From Polyangiaceae bacterium (lineage in GTDB: Bacteria > Myxococcota_A > Polyangia > Polyangiales > Polyangiaceae): a stretch of 64,000 nucleotides of DNA. The notes beneath the pieces were generated by a model. That model saw only the letters and a list, made by a program, of their open reading frames with translations, was not told the origin of the DNA and made no database searches. The stretch's first letter is position 1. The number at the start of each line of letters is the position of its first letter. The stretch lies in the NCBI GenBank assembly GCA_965222375.1, contig CBDCTZ010000016.1:1056001-1120000 (forward strand), given 5' to 3'. This document shows, piece by piece, positions 20,164 through 30,055 of this stretch. Both the position numbers and the translations under genes were made by a program.

Positions 20164-21921
20164 TCACTGCGCGCGCGCTTCGATCCGGTACATCACCTGC
20201 TTGACCGGCGCATCTCCAGCGATCTTTCGCTTGTTGCCGGATTCAGCGTTCTTGTCCACCAAGGCCTTGAGCTTCGCCGCCAGCTCCTTGGAGCCTTTGG
20301 GCAGCAGGCGGTCGATGGTCTGCGCGGCAACGAAGCGCACGGCTGCGTTCTCGAAGGAACTCATGGCCGCAACCAGCTCAGCGGCAGTGGCTTCGTTGCC
20401 CAGGATCCCCACCATGTAGCCGGCCTTGATGGCTCGGAACTGGGTCTTTTGGTCCTGGTTGGCGCTCTTCTCCATCTCCTTCAAGTAGCAGGCAACGTCC
20501 GACTTGCAGGAGTTGATCACGGTCTCTGCGTCCTTGAACAAGTCCTTTTCGAGCTTGGTGCCGTACTTCTCGACCGCCGCTTTGACCGTCGCCATCTGTT
20601 CCGGCTTTGCCAGCTTGATGGCCGTGACCGTGATGGCGCCTTGCAACGCCTTCTTGTCTTCACCACCGCCCTTGGTGTTCTCGGCCCGCTCGAGCAGCCA
20701 GTCGATCATGGCGGGGTCGTAGAACTGGCCCGTGAACTCTGCCAGTGACGAAAGGGCATTTGCGCCCGGCGGAATCACCGTGTCGAGAGAAATGCTTTCG
20801 AAGGCTTCCTTGTAGGCGGTCTTCACGTCGTCGCTCATCGGCAGCTTGGTGATTTCGCGAGCGATGACCGCTTTGTTCCGGTCTTTCTCTTCTTTCTTCA
20901 GCGCCTCGAGCAGTGCAGCCTTGCCCTCAGCTCGTCCGATGGTGCCGAGCACGAGCGCAGCGGTCTGCACGTAAGGGCGATCCTTGGGAGCTTCCTTGGC
21001 CTTGGTCACTTCTTTGATGCGACGAAGGTTGTAGGTCGTGAGCTTCTCGTCCTCACCCGTGAGCACCTTGATCGCTGCGTCAGCTGCGGGCTTCCCGATC
21101 TTCACCAAGGCCAGGATGGCCGTCGCCTGAATGTCCGCCTTGGCGGGATCCAGCATCACCTTGAGCAGGGGCACGACGGCTTCCGTGGCCTGGATTTCCC
21201 CCAGAATCTGCGCGGAGGTCGTCTGCCAGAAGAGCTGATCCCGATAGGGATCGATCTTGTCTTTGTCCTTCTTGGTCTTTGGGGGGTCGATCTCTGCGTC
21301 CAGCATCGAGATCAAGGACGGAGTCCAGGACTTGGCCTTGATCTTGACCATGGCCTCGTTCAGCGGACGGTAGGTGATGCCGCCCAACATGCTGCTGGTC
21401 TTCATCTTCTGAAACGCCTGCACGAGGGGCTCGTTCAGGGATTCCAGCTTCAAGTCGCCCGCAGCCATCGCGGCCCACTTCAAGTCTGCGTCGTCCTTGC
21501 TCTTCGACGGTTTCGCGACAAAACCTTCCAAAGCCTTCTTCAGGGCTGGCTCCGTGCGCTTGTCCCGAAGCGAGGAGAGAAGCTTGATCAGGGATACACG
21601 CGTCTTGGTGTCGAGGGTGTCGTAGTTCTCGACGTAGGTCTTCGTCAGCGGCTCCGCGATCTTCCCGACCAAGGCCTGCACCTCCGGCGCGTTCGGGTCC
21701 TTGTTCGCTTTGGTGATCGCGTCTTCGTAGAACTGTTCCAGGCGGGTCACTGCCCGAGCGCGCCAGGCCTTGTCGTCCAGCTTGCCGACCCAGTAGTCAG
21801 GTTGGCTTTCGTCCTTGCAGCCCGTGACGGTGACCGCCAAAGAGGCGGTGGCGATAGTGGCAGCTGTGCCGAGGGTGAGCGAGCGAATCAGCGACGCGAT
21901 GGCGCGCGAAGTGCGGAGCAT
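20164..21921 (-). CDS. HEAT-repeat lipoprotein
   Basis: Lipobox VTGC; repeated helical units such as 'AVVPLLKVM...IQATAILALVKIG'. Confidence 0.8.
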   Translation of the reverse strand: MLRTSRAIASLIRSLTLGTAATIATASLAVTVTGCKDESQPDYWVGKLDDKAWRARAVTRLEQFYEDAITKANKDPNAPEVQALVGKIAEPLTKTYVENYDTLDTKTRVSLIKLLSSLRDKRTEPALKKALEGFVAKPSKSKDDADLKWAAMAAGDLKLESLNEPLVQAFQKMKTSSMLGGITYRPLNEAMVKIKAKSWTPSLISMLDAEIDPPKTKKDKDKIDPYRDQLFWQTTSAQILGEIQATEAVVPLLKVMLDPAKADIQATAILALVKIGKPAADAAIKVLTGEDEKLTTYNLRRIKEVTKAKEAPKDRPYVQTAALVLGTIGRAEGKAALLEALKKEEKDRNKAVIAREITKLPMSDDVKTAYKEAFESISLDTVIPPGANALSSLAEFTGQFYDPAMIDWLLERAENTKGGGEDKKALQGAITVTAIKLAKPEQMATVKAAVEKYGTKLEKDLFKDAETVINSCKSDVACYLKEMEKSANQDQKTQFRAIKAGYMVGILGNEATAAELVAAMSSFENAAVRFVAAQTIDRLLPKGSKELAAKLKALVDKNAESGNKRKIAGDAPVKQVMYRIEARAQ

Positions 21922-22297
21922 GTTGGATGTCCTCCAGGTTGAGCTGTCCCGTCGTTGCCGGCGGGGGCGCGCAGCAGAAATCCCCTTATATTTGCGCGGT
22001 TCCGGCGAACGGGAACGTACGTCGGGCGAAAGCGTGGTGTCAACGAAAGCGCGGCCTTTTTGACGCGCCGCGGCATTTGCCGGGGTTCTTGCGTCCCAGG
22101 GCTTGTTCGCGGGCTGGCGTCAGACCATTCGCGGCCGCGAGGTCGTGGGTGGTTGGCTCGCGGTTGCTGCTTGGCGGGCATTCCTCTCGTGAAGCGCCGC
22201 CGGGCGGTGTTTGGGGAACTTGGCGAGAGTAATGCAGCAAGGCCGGCCCAATGCCACGACCCCTTAGCCAAAACCGCGGTAGCTGCGCCTGATCGAA

Positions 22298-23113
22298 TCA
22301 GTGCAGATCGCGCCAGCGATCCACGATTGCGTCGTGGATCGCGCCGTTGCTCGCGATGATCCCGGTGTGATTCACCAGGCTCTCGCTGCGATAGTCGATG
22401 GCATCGCCGTTGGCGTCCGTGACTCGTCCGCCCGCGGCTCGGATGATGGCTTCACCTGCGCATAGGTCCCAGCGGCAGCCCGCCCTCCCGGGCGCTACGT
22501 ACGCATCCGCCCCCGCCTGGGCGATGGCAGCGCACTTCAAGCCTGCGCTGCCCAAAGCGTCGACCTGAGCTGCTCCCAACGCGGCGAGAGCGCGCTCCAG
22601 GGCTTCACTTCGATGAGAGCGAGTGGATAGCAGGCGCGCTTCCTCGAGGGTCTGGGTCTGGCTCACATGCAGATCGGCCTCGGTGCCGTCCTGCCGCCGG
22701 TGCTTGGCGCCCCAACCTTCGGCGGCCATCCAGACTTCACCAGTAACGGGGGCGTGCAACACGCCGGCGTAGGGTCGGTCCTTCACCAACAAACCGATCA
22801 TGACCACGAACTCGCCGTTGCGCTTCACGAACTCTCGCGTCCCGTCCAGGGGGTCGACGAAGAAGACGCGCTCCGCCTCTTGGTAGCCGCTGAAGGCCGT
22901 GGGGTCGCTTTCTTCCGCGACCACGGCCGTGCCCGGGTACAGCTCGGCTAGCCGCGAGCAGATGTGCGCGTTCGCGAGTTTGTCTGCTTTGGTAACCGGA
23001 TCTCGGGGCCGCTTGAACTCCACCTCGAAGGGCTCCTCGTAGACCTGCAGAATGATCTCCGCGGCTTGGGCGGCGATTTGCCCTAAGTCTTGCAGCAGTT
23101 CTTCTGGGTTCAC
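22298..23113 (-). CDS. cysQ: 3'(2'),5'-bisphosphate nucleotidase CysQ / inositol monophosphatase family
   Basis: PVTKAD, AEE, VDPLDGTREF and WDLCAG motifs. Confidence 0.88.
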   Translation of the reverse strand: MNPEELLQDLGQIAAQAAEIILQVYEEPFEVEFKRPRDPVTKADKLANAHICSRLAELYPGTAVVAEESDPTAFSGYQEAERVFFVDPLDGTREFVKRNGEFVVMIGLLVKDRPYAGVLHAPVTGEVWMAAEGWGAKHRRQDGTEADLHVSQTQTLEEARLLSTRSHRSEALERALAALGAAQVDALGSAGLKCAAIAQAGADAYVAPGRAGCRWDLCAGEAIIRAAGGRVTDANGDAIDYRSESLVNHTGIIASNGAIHDAIVDRWRDLH

Positions 23114-24051
23114 GCTGCGCCTACTTCTTCCAGCCGAGCCTCTAGAGCCGTGAGCACTTCCGGCTCCAAGTAGGGGCTGCCCTTGCCGGCTTCGCGCACC
23201 AGCTGATCGAGCTGCAGGCTGCTTCGAGGGCCGAGCACGGCGCTACTCACGTGGCTGTTCGAAAGCACATAGCGCAATGCGCCCGCCCGCATCGTCATGA
23301 CGCCACCGCCGACGACGGGGCGCAGGGCATCCAGCTGGCGAATTCGGCGCCGCAGTTCGTCGGAGGTCCAACGCTCGGCGCGGTGGTCGCCGTCGCTGAA
23401 CTCCTTGGTCGCACCCCAATGTCCCGCCAACAGGCCGTAGGCCAGTACCGAGTGGGCCAAGATGCCCACCTGGTCTCGCTCGATGTCTTCTTGCAGATCC
23501 CGTAGGGACTGGGAGGCAAACGCGTTGTGGGTCACTGAGATGACCTCGGCCCCGCGGGCGATGGCCTCCCGCGCCGTCTCCGTGCTGCCTGCACTCACGC
23601 CCCAAGCCCGAACCCCACCCGAGGCCTTTTCCTCCGCGAGCCACGCGGTGGCTTCGCCTTTCTCGACGGCGTCCATCGACGGGTTGTGCAAGAGGACGAC
23701 GTCGAGCACGTCCCGCTTCAGCCGCTCTTTGGAGCGTGCGAGGGCGTCCTTTAGGTAGTCGACCTTGAAGCACTTCTTCGGGATGGCGGCGTCCAGGTCG
23801 GTTCCGATCTTGGTGACAATCCGCGTCTTCTTGCCATCTTCCAGGCGCTCGCCCAGTCGCCGCTCCATGGCGCCATGGCCGTAGCAGTCTGCGGTCTCGA
23901 AGAGCGTGATGCCCAGAGCGGCGGCGCGGTCGATGACCCGGTCCTGCTCTGCTTCCGCGACCGGGCCGTAGCCGTCGCCGCATAGACCCCAGCTGCCCAG
24001 CGACAATTCGCTGACCGTGAGTCCGGTCTTGCCCAAGGGGCGCTTGCGCAT
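23110..24051 (-). CDS. Aldo/keto reductase
   Basis: LGKTGLTVSELSLG, FETADCYG, TK, LLHNP and WGVS motifs. Confidence 0.9.
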   Translation of the reverse strand: MRKRPLGKTGLTVSELSLGSWGLCGDGYGPVAEAEQDRVIDRAAALGITLFETADCYGHGAMERRLGERLEDGKKTRIVTKIGTDLDAAIPKKCFKVDYLKDALARSKERLKRDVLDVVLLHNPSMDAVEKGEATAWLAEEKASGGVRAWGVSAGSTETAREAIARGAEVISVTHNAFASQSLRDLQEDIERDQVGILAHSVLAYGLLAGHWGATKEFSDGDHRAERWTSDELRRRIRQLDALRPVVGGGVMTMRAGALRYVLSNSHVSSAVLGPRSSLQLDQLVREAGKGSPYLEPEVLTALEARLEEVGAA

Positions 24052-24085
24052 GCGCGGGGATATAACTCGAACTCGCGGGATTGTC

Positions 24086-24844
24086 TCAAGTGCGCATGGA
24101 ACACGCGCTGAGGGGAGGTTCCAGTGCGGCGCGTTCCAGAAGCTCGGCGTCGGTGAGGACGTCCTGAGCCGTGCCGTCCGCCACCACGCGCCCTTCCCGC
24201 AGGGCTACCACGCGCATCTCGAGTTCCAAGGCGAAGTCCAGGTCGTGGGTGGCGACGACGCAGGCGGTTTCCAGACCCGATAGGGTGTGCAGCAGCCGCC
24301 GGCGGGCGCGCCCGTCCAGAGAGGCAGTGGGCTCGTCCAGAAGCAGCACGTCTGGCTCGCATGCAAGTACCGACGCCATGGCGACGAGGCGCTGTTCTCC
24401 CAAGCTCAAGGCGCTTGGCGAATGATCGGATAGCTCGCTGACCCCCATCAGGTCCATCGCCCGGGTGACCCGGCGCTCGACCTCGGCGTCAGGCAGGCCT
24501 CGGGCCCGCGGCCCGAAGGCGACTTCGCTGTCCACACGATCGGAAAAGAGCTGATCCGCGGGATTCGCGAACACGAAGCCCAGCTTGCGCCGGACCTGCT
24601 GCAGGGTCTTCTTGCCGAGTTCCAGACCCGCGATGCTGATGCGACCATTCCATTCGGTGGCGCCGACCAGCGCGAGAAGCAGGGACGTCTTGCCCGCACC
24701 GTTCGCTCCCACCAGAGCCACGCGCTCTCCGGCTCGCACAGAGAGGGAGACATCGTGCACGGTGGTCCGCTTCGCGCCGGTGAGCGCGTCCTCTCGAACG
24801 GCCTGTACGCCCTCCAAGCGGAGGATGGGTTCGGCGGGTGTCAT
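24086..24844 (-). CDS. cbiO: ECF-transporter ATPase (Co/Ni)
   Basis: GANGAGKT, LSLGE, LDEPT and ATHD motifs. Confidence 0.88.
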   Translation of the reverse strand: MTPAEPILRLEGVQAVREDALTGAKRTTVHDVSLSVRAGERVALVGANGAGKTSLLLALVGATEWNGRISIAGLELGKKTLQQVRRKLGFVFANPADQLFSDRVDSEVAFGPRARGLPDAEVERRVTRAMDLMGVSELSDHSPSALSLGEQRLVAMASVLACEPDVLLLDEPTASLDGRARRRLLHTLSGLETACVVATHDLDFALELEMRVVALREGRVVADGTAQDVLTDAELLERAALEPPLSACSMRT

Positions 24845-25500
24845 GGGCTCACCAGGTGCACGCCAATGCCCATCAACGCGCAGATTCCGACGAAGGCCAG
24901 GCTACGGAAGCCGCCGAAGGAGTCCACCCGGGTGCCCGGCGGGGCTCCGCGCAGCTCGACGGCTAGCGCGCGACGCTGCCCTCGGGCGGCACTCTGTATC
25001 AGAAGAGTGCTCAACAACTCCAGATTCGCTCCGGTCCCGGATGCACCGCGGAGCTTGCGAGCTAGCGCCAGGCGCTGGCCTTCGTCCACGAGGGCGCCCA
25101 ACTGGCCGACGGTGTGCACGATCACCGTGGTCAGTGCGCGTGGTGCACGCAGGGTCGCGAACGCGCTGCCCAGGTCCTCGCCTGCAAGAGTCAGTGACGT
25201 CGCGACGGCCGTAACAATCGCGCTCGAGCTGCGCAGAAGGACCGGAGCCACCCCACTCCAGCCGCCGCCCAAGGCGAAGGGCGCGAGCATGGCGCCGCTG
25301 CCGATGAGCGCGACGGCCAGCCGTCTCTGCCAGCGTCGGGCTGGCGGCTTGGCCCAGGCCAGCACCGACACGAAAAACGCGCAGGCAACACCGAACCCGA
25401 GGAAGCTTGGCGGTGCAGTGGCCAGAGCGACCGCTAGAATGACGCCGCCGCCAAGGCGTGCCGCGGGCGTCAGCCATCGCGCGATCGGCGCATCGGTCAC
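24841..25500 (-). CDS. cbiQ: ECF-transporter T component
   Basis: TM helices with ARKLRG and AVELRG coupling motifs; 4-nt overlaps with cbiM and cbiO. Confidence 0.75.
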   Translation of the reverse strand: MTDAPIARWLTPAARLGGGVILAVALATAPPSFLGFGVACAFFVSVLAWAKPPARRWQRRLAVALIGSGAMLAPFALGGGWSGVAPVLLRSSSAIVTAVATSLTLAGEDLGSAFATLRAPRALTTVIVHTVGQLGALVDEGQRLALARKLRGASGTGANLELLSTLLIQSAARGQRRALAVELRGAPPGTRVDSFGGFRSLAFVGICALMGIGVHLVSP

Positions 25501-26258
25501 GGGGTCGCGTGTGCCCGCGCGAGCACGACCTCGAGGGCGTCCGGAGCTGAACTCGCGATGGGTAGGGCCACGAGCAATACACCCAGGCCAACCACCGCCC
25601 AAGCCCACATTGGACGTGACCTGGTGCCTCGGGGTTCGTTTGCTGCGGATGCAAGTAGCCGCGGAGCGCGTTTCTGCAGGTGCACCACGGCGGAGGAGGT
25701 CAACACGCCTTCGACCAGTCCTGCTAGAGCTTGGATGCCGACCAGGGTGGCGAAGGTCCAGCCCATTGGCGCCCCGGCGGAAAACACGAGCAGCGTCGAC
25801 AGGCACGCTGCCGCCACCACGTTGCCCAGGAGCGTTCCCAAGATCGCCGTGGTGCGAACGCGCTTTGCACCCCGGAGCATGCGCATCAGGGAGACCGCAC
25901 CGACGGGGATCAAGACGATGTTGATGATGTTGATTCCCAGTGCTGCGATTCCACCATCTGCCAGCAAGACGGCTTGTAGGATCACTACCGTGGACAAGGC
26001 GACGACGGCTGCGGCGGGTCCGAGCAACAGGGTGAGCAAGGAGGCGCCGAGGGCGTGGGCGCTAGCGCCGGGGGCTGCCGGAAGATTGATGGCCTGAAGC
26101 GCGAGGGTGAATGCCGCCAAGGTACCGGTCCAGGCCAGCTGACCCGGATGGCGATCTCGAGCAACCCGCGACAAGCTCGCTGACACCGCGCCGGCGCTGA
26201 TCAATGCAGCTCCCGCCAAGAGTGGCGCGCTGCTGATGATTCCGTCGGGAAGGTGCAC
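25497..26258 (-). CDS. cbiM: Co/Ni ECF substrate-binding component CbiM/NikM with a short PDGLE-like tail
   Basis: GTG start gives the MHLPDG N-terminus; SAH, QAVLLADGG and ASSAPDALE motifs. Confidence 0.85.
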   Translation of the reverse strand: MHLPDGIISSAPLLAGAALISAGAVSASLSRVARDRHPGQLAWTGTLAAFTLALQAINLPAAPGASAHALGASLLTLLLGPAAAVVALSTVVILQAVLLADGGIAALGINIINIVLIPVGAVSLMRMLRGAKRVRTTAILGTLLGNVVAAACLSTLLVFSAGAPMGWTFATLVGIQALAGLVEGVLTSSAVVHLQKRAPRLLASAANEPRGTRSRPMWAWAVVGLGVLLVALPIASSAPDALEVVLARAHATP

Positions 26259-26311
26259 GCCCAAACCCTAGATCGCTCACCGGACCCGTGCCACCAATTT
26301 GGGAAATCGTG

Positions 26312-28387
26312 CTACGGCGTGGCGGGCGCTAGGGACCAGTAATGAAGCGCGGAAAATCGCGCCTTTTTGGCCAGCAGCTCGATGCTTGCTGGCCCGGAGG
26401 GCAGCTGCTCCGGAAGCTCCAGCGTCACCTCTTCCCAGGGCGACGCGCCGCTGAGTTCGATGGCGTCCAGGGCCGTGCCTCCGACCCGGATTTCAATCTC
26501 GATGGACTCCTCACTCGCCAGCCGCGCAATCAGCCGGCCGCCACCTTCTACCTTGAGTCGAAAGCTCTCGCGTGCGCGCTGGCCGCGTCCGCCGTCTGCC
26601 CGGGTCAGGCTGCCGTCTGAGAACACACGATTGAAGCGCTGTCGGGCGTCCAAGAGCGCGTAGTCGTGGTCGCGTTCGCTGTCCAAGTCAGCAACGTCCA
26701 GGCTGTCGATGATGGAGCTCTTGGTCGCTGCCGGTTGGCCGGCGGAGCCCAACAGATCGAAGCGCGCGACGTAGGCGACCTTGGTCACACCGCCGAGGAT
26801 GGTTGCTCCTGTCACGCTGCGTTGAGTGAGCATTTCGCCCAACACTTCTGGCATGGCCATCCATCCGGGGTACACGATGAAGTGCGTTGGCAATTCGGCC
26901 TTGTCCAGCCGTTCGTAGTGCTCGAAGCGAGACCCGGCACCAGCGACCCAATACCGTGCTTCCTTTGGTGTGGTGAGCCCTACGACGTCGAAGACGTGTC
27001 GGTCCGAGAAGTAGGCCACCGCGCCAGTGTCGTTCACTCCGATCTTGGCGGATGGTGGAAGGTTGTCTCGTGCCCAGCGTCCCAGGGCGACCTGTTGGCG
27101 CCGAATGCCATCGGAGCTGACGGCAAGATCCTCCAGGGTCCAGGACAACTGGGCAGCGAAACTACCAACGATGATGCCCGTGATAACGAGTCCAGCTCGT
27201 TCGAGTCTCGGTTCCAGTCTCGCGAGCGCGCGAGCGAGAAGCTGCGCCAGTGCTGCGAGGGCCAAAAACCATCCGGGCGCGAAGGGCCACAAGTAGCGCA
27301 GGCGATTCCAAAGGAAGCTGTCATAGGTGGCGGGGATCAGCATGCCCAAAGCGAGCAACAGCACGATCGTGCCCCGGAAGTACTCTCTGCGTAGGACGCT
27401 CAGCACCGCCAGGGCGGGCAGCGCTAGCCACGCCAGTAGGCGTCCGCCGCTCGGCACGAAGACGGCGCTCCACGCCTGGCCGTCGAGTAGTCGTTCGAAC
27501 AACAAGCGCACATTGCCCATGACCGCGCCGAGCAGCACCGAGCCTCGATAGTACGGACTGCTCGGAAGCCACTTTACCGCGGCAGTCGTGCTCTGCGCCG
27601 TTCCTGTAAACGCGAAGTTCACGAAACCCGGCAGCGCCATCCCCAGCAGTGGCAAGGCGGCGAAGGCACGACCTCGACCCCGAGGCGCGACGAGAAGGGC
27701 CCCGGCGGCGATCGCACTGAGCAAGACCCCCTCGGGCCGCACGCAGGGTGCGAGGCCGCCGAGCAGCAGCAGAACTGCGAGCTCTCGTGGCGTGGCGGGT
27801 TGCTCCCGTCGGTCGTGCCATTCAGCGCTCACCCGCGCCGTGACCACCAGCCACCAGGCGAAGGGCACGATTTCCATGCCGCTGCCTGCACCCCAGACCA
27901 GGCCGCCGAAGCACAGCGCACCCGCGCCCGCAACGAAGGCGACTCCCTCCGGCAGCAGCTTGCGACCCAGTCGCCAGGTTTCGACCGCAACCCCGAATAG
28001 CGCGAGCCAACCGAAGAACCATGCTGGCCAGACCAGGGAAACGTCCCGAAAGCCCAGCTTCCAGAAGGGGGCCAAGAACAGTGGCCAAAGCAGGCTGGTA
28101 GCCCCGGGAGCTGGCGCAGCCCCGGGCGAGTAGCTGAAGGGTGCCAGCTGTGCGAAGCGCTTGGCGTACTGAAAGTGAATGAAGGTGTCGTCGAGAGGGA
28201 CAGCGGGTTCGCCCCCGGTTTTCGCGAGGGTCACGCGGGTGGCTGACACCGCAAGAGCCACGGCCCCGGTCGCCAGCAACGCCAGGCCCAAGCGGGTGAG
28301 CCGCTGCCGAGCCGGGTCTTGGATCGGCGTTGGGGCCGATGCTGGTGGGCGTGATCCGAGCATGCCGCAGCCGTGAGTCTCCGTCAT
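26312..28387 (-). CDS. Polytopic membrane protein, probable GT-C-fold glycosyltransferase
   Basis: PLDDTFIHFQYA loop after TM1; GATS.LW, SGME and RPEG motifs; many TM helices; soluble C-terminal domain. Confidence 0.6.
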   Translation of the reverse strand: MTETHGCGMLGSRPPASAPTPIQDPARQRLTRLGLALLATGAVALAVSATRVTLAKTGGEPAVPLDDTFIHFQYAKRFAQLAPFSYSPGAAPAPGATSLLWPLFLAPFWKLGFRDVSLVWPAWFFGWLALFGVAVETWRLGRKLLPEGVAFVAGAGALCFGGLVWGAGSGMEIVPFAWWLVVTARVSAEWHDRREQPATPRELAVLLLLGGLAPCVRPEGVLLSAIAAGALLVAPRGRGRAFAALPLLGMALPGFVNFAFTGTAQSTTAAVKWLPSSPYYRGSVLLGAVMGNVRLLFERLLDGQAWSAVFVPSGGRLLAWLALPALAVLSVLRREYFRGTIVLLLALGMLIPATYDSFLWNRLRYLWPFAPGWFLALAALAQLLARALARLEPRLERAGLVITGIIVGSFAAQLSWTLEDLAVSSDGIRRQQVALGRWARDNLPPSAKIGVNDTGAVAYFSDRHVFDVVGLTTPKEARYWVAGAGSRFEHYERLDKAELPTHFIVYPGWMAMPEVLGEMLTQRSVTGATILGGVTKVAYVARFDLLGSAGQPAATKSSIIDSLDVADLDSERDHDYALLDARQRFNRVFSDGSLTRADGGRGQRARESFRLKVEGGGRLIARLASEESIEIEIRVGGTALDAIELSGASPWEEVTLELPEQLPSGPASIELLAKKARFSALHYWSLAPATP

Positions 28388-28428
28388 TTCCCTGCGCGAA
28401 ATCACGTAACATTCTCCGCCGCCTCCCG

Positions 28429-29037
28429 ATGCGTCACGATCCCTACGCTCACGCGCCCCGGCTTCCTGAGGAGGGGCCCCTCGATCTGTGTGCGGAGGTG
28501 CACAGCGCGGCACCCATCGAGCTCGAAATTGGGCCGGGGCGCGGCTGGTTCTTGGTGGAGCGCGTAGAGCTCGACCCCGAGTGTCGAATCGTCGGCCTCG
28601 AGATCAAGCGCAAGTGGGCCGCGATCGTCGACGAGCGTCTCAAGAAACGTGGTCACGGCAGTCGTGCCCGGGTCTTTGCGGAAGATGCGCGTAACGTCCT
28701 ACCGCGCCTTTCACCGGGCAGCGTGAGCACCGTGTACATTCACTTTCCCGATCCCTGGTGGAAGAAGCGACATCACAAGCGGATGGTGCTTACCGCGCCA
28801 ACCGTGGACGCCCTCGCGCGGGTCCTGGTGCCGGGTGGTCAGCTGCTCCTGCAGACCGACGTCGAGGAGCGAGCCCAGCGCTACGAAGCGTTGCTCGACG
28901 CCAGCGAACACTTCGAACCGGCCCGCGACCAGGCCCGGATCGCCGATCACAGCTTTGGCGCCCGGAGCCCGAGGGAGCGCCGCGCCATGGCGGATGGCCT
29001 GCCCGTGTACCGGCTGCTGTACCGCCGCGCCGCGTGA
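28429..29037 (+). CDS. trmB: tRNA (guanine-N7)-methyltransferase
   Basis: LEIGPGRG, GLE, FPDPWWKKRHHKR and QTD motifs. Confidence 0.92.
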   Translation: MRHDPYAHAPRLPEEGPLDLCAEVHSAAPIELEIGPGRGWFLVERVELDPECRIVGLEIKRKWAAIVDERLKKRGHGSRARVFAEDARNVLPRLSPGSVSTVYIHFPDPWWKKRHHKRMVLTAPTVDALARVLVPGGQLLLQTDVEERAQRYEALLDASEHFEPARDQARIADHSFGARSPRERRAMADGLPVYRLLYRRAA

Positions 29038-29125
29038 TTCCGCTCCCAGATCGCCAGGTTATCGGGATTTTCGTGCCTGACGACCGCCCTTGATTCGGGG
29101 ACCACGCTGGCGCTACGCTCGGTCC

Positions 29126-29629
29126 GTGATGCGGTTCTGGCTCGTTCTGCTGCTCTCCCTTTCCGTTGGTGCGTGTGCCACGTACCGCGAGGACTTGAAC
29201 CGGGGTGAGCGTCTCTACGACAACAACGAGTACGACCGCGCCCTGGCCATCTGGCGCTACTTGGAAGCGGATATGGACTCCCTCGAGTGGCAGGACCAAG
29301 CGCGCTACGCCTACCTGCGAGGGATGACGGACTACCGTCTCAATTTTCGGCCAGATGCGCGCCACTGGCTGGCCCTGGCCAAGGCCATCGAAGAGAAGCA
29401 GCCCGGCGCGCTGCAACCGCAATGGAAACAGCGCCTCGAGCAGGCCCTGGCAGACCTGAACAAGGACGTCTTCGGCGGAGCCGAGCAGCTGGCCAACTCG
29501 GCCTCCACTGCCACCGAGACCAAGACAGATCTCGGTGCAGAGCCGCCCAAGCCCGCAGGCGGATGCTCCTCGAACGCCGACTGTCCCAATGGCAATGCTT
29601 GCCAGGCCGGCGAGTGCGTGCCGCTCTGA
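29126..29629 (+). CDS. TPR-like lipoprotein with a Cys-rich tail
   Basis: Lipobox VGAC; similar to 10334-10822; ends CSSNADCPNGNACQAGEC. Confidence 0.78.
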   Translation: MMRFWLVLLLSLSVGACATYREDLNRGERLYDNNEYDRALAIWRYLEADMDSLEWQDQARYAYLRGMTDYRLNFRPDARHWLALAKAIEEKQPGALQPQWKQRLEQALADLNKDVFGGAEQLANSASTATETKTDLGAEPPKPAGGCSSNADCPNGNACQAGECVPL

Positions 29630-29658
29630 GCGGTGACGCTCGGATTCTGTCTACGCAG

Positions 29659-29844
29659 TCAGGGGTCGCGGCGGAGTGCCGCGATTTGGTCTTTGGCGAC
29701 TAGCTTTTGTTTCTTGAGCTGCGTGACTTGCACCTGTTCTGGCGGGGTCAGATAAGCTCGCCGTTCCAGGCGTTTGACCTCCGTCTTCAGGTTCTGGTGT
29801 TTGTTTTCCAATTCGCGCAGACGCTCCGCCGCCGACTCGTTCAT
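29659..29844 (-). CDS. YdcH/DUF465 family small protein
   Basis: H..L...V..LE...LTP.E......LKKQKL..KD.I motif; AGGAGG RBS. Confidence 0.8.
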   Translation of the reverse strand: MNESAAERLRELENKHQNLKTEVKRLERRAYLTPPEQVQVTQLKKQKLVAKDQIAALRRDP

Positions 29845-30055
29845 GAGTTCGTGCCTCCTGGGTCCCCATCTAGGTGCCGCCGCCCGCTAATCAGTTCGTC
29901 CTGATGTTGCAGCGAACACCTCACTCACTCAGAGTAAAGGGTTCATGATGAGGATCAACCCATTTCCAGCCGAGAAAACTCGCAGGTTTTGGCTCTCTGG
30001 GCGGCATGATCTTTTCCTGTCGGAACTTCCATTGCGGTTGCGCGTCCAACTACGA

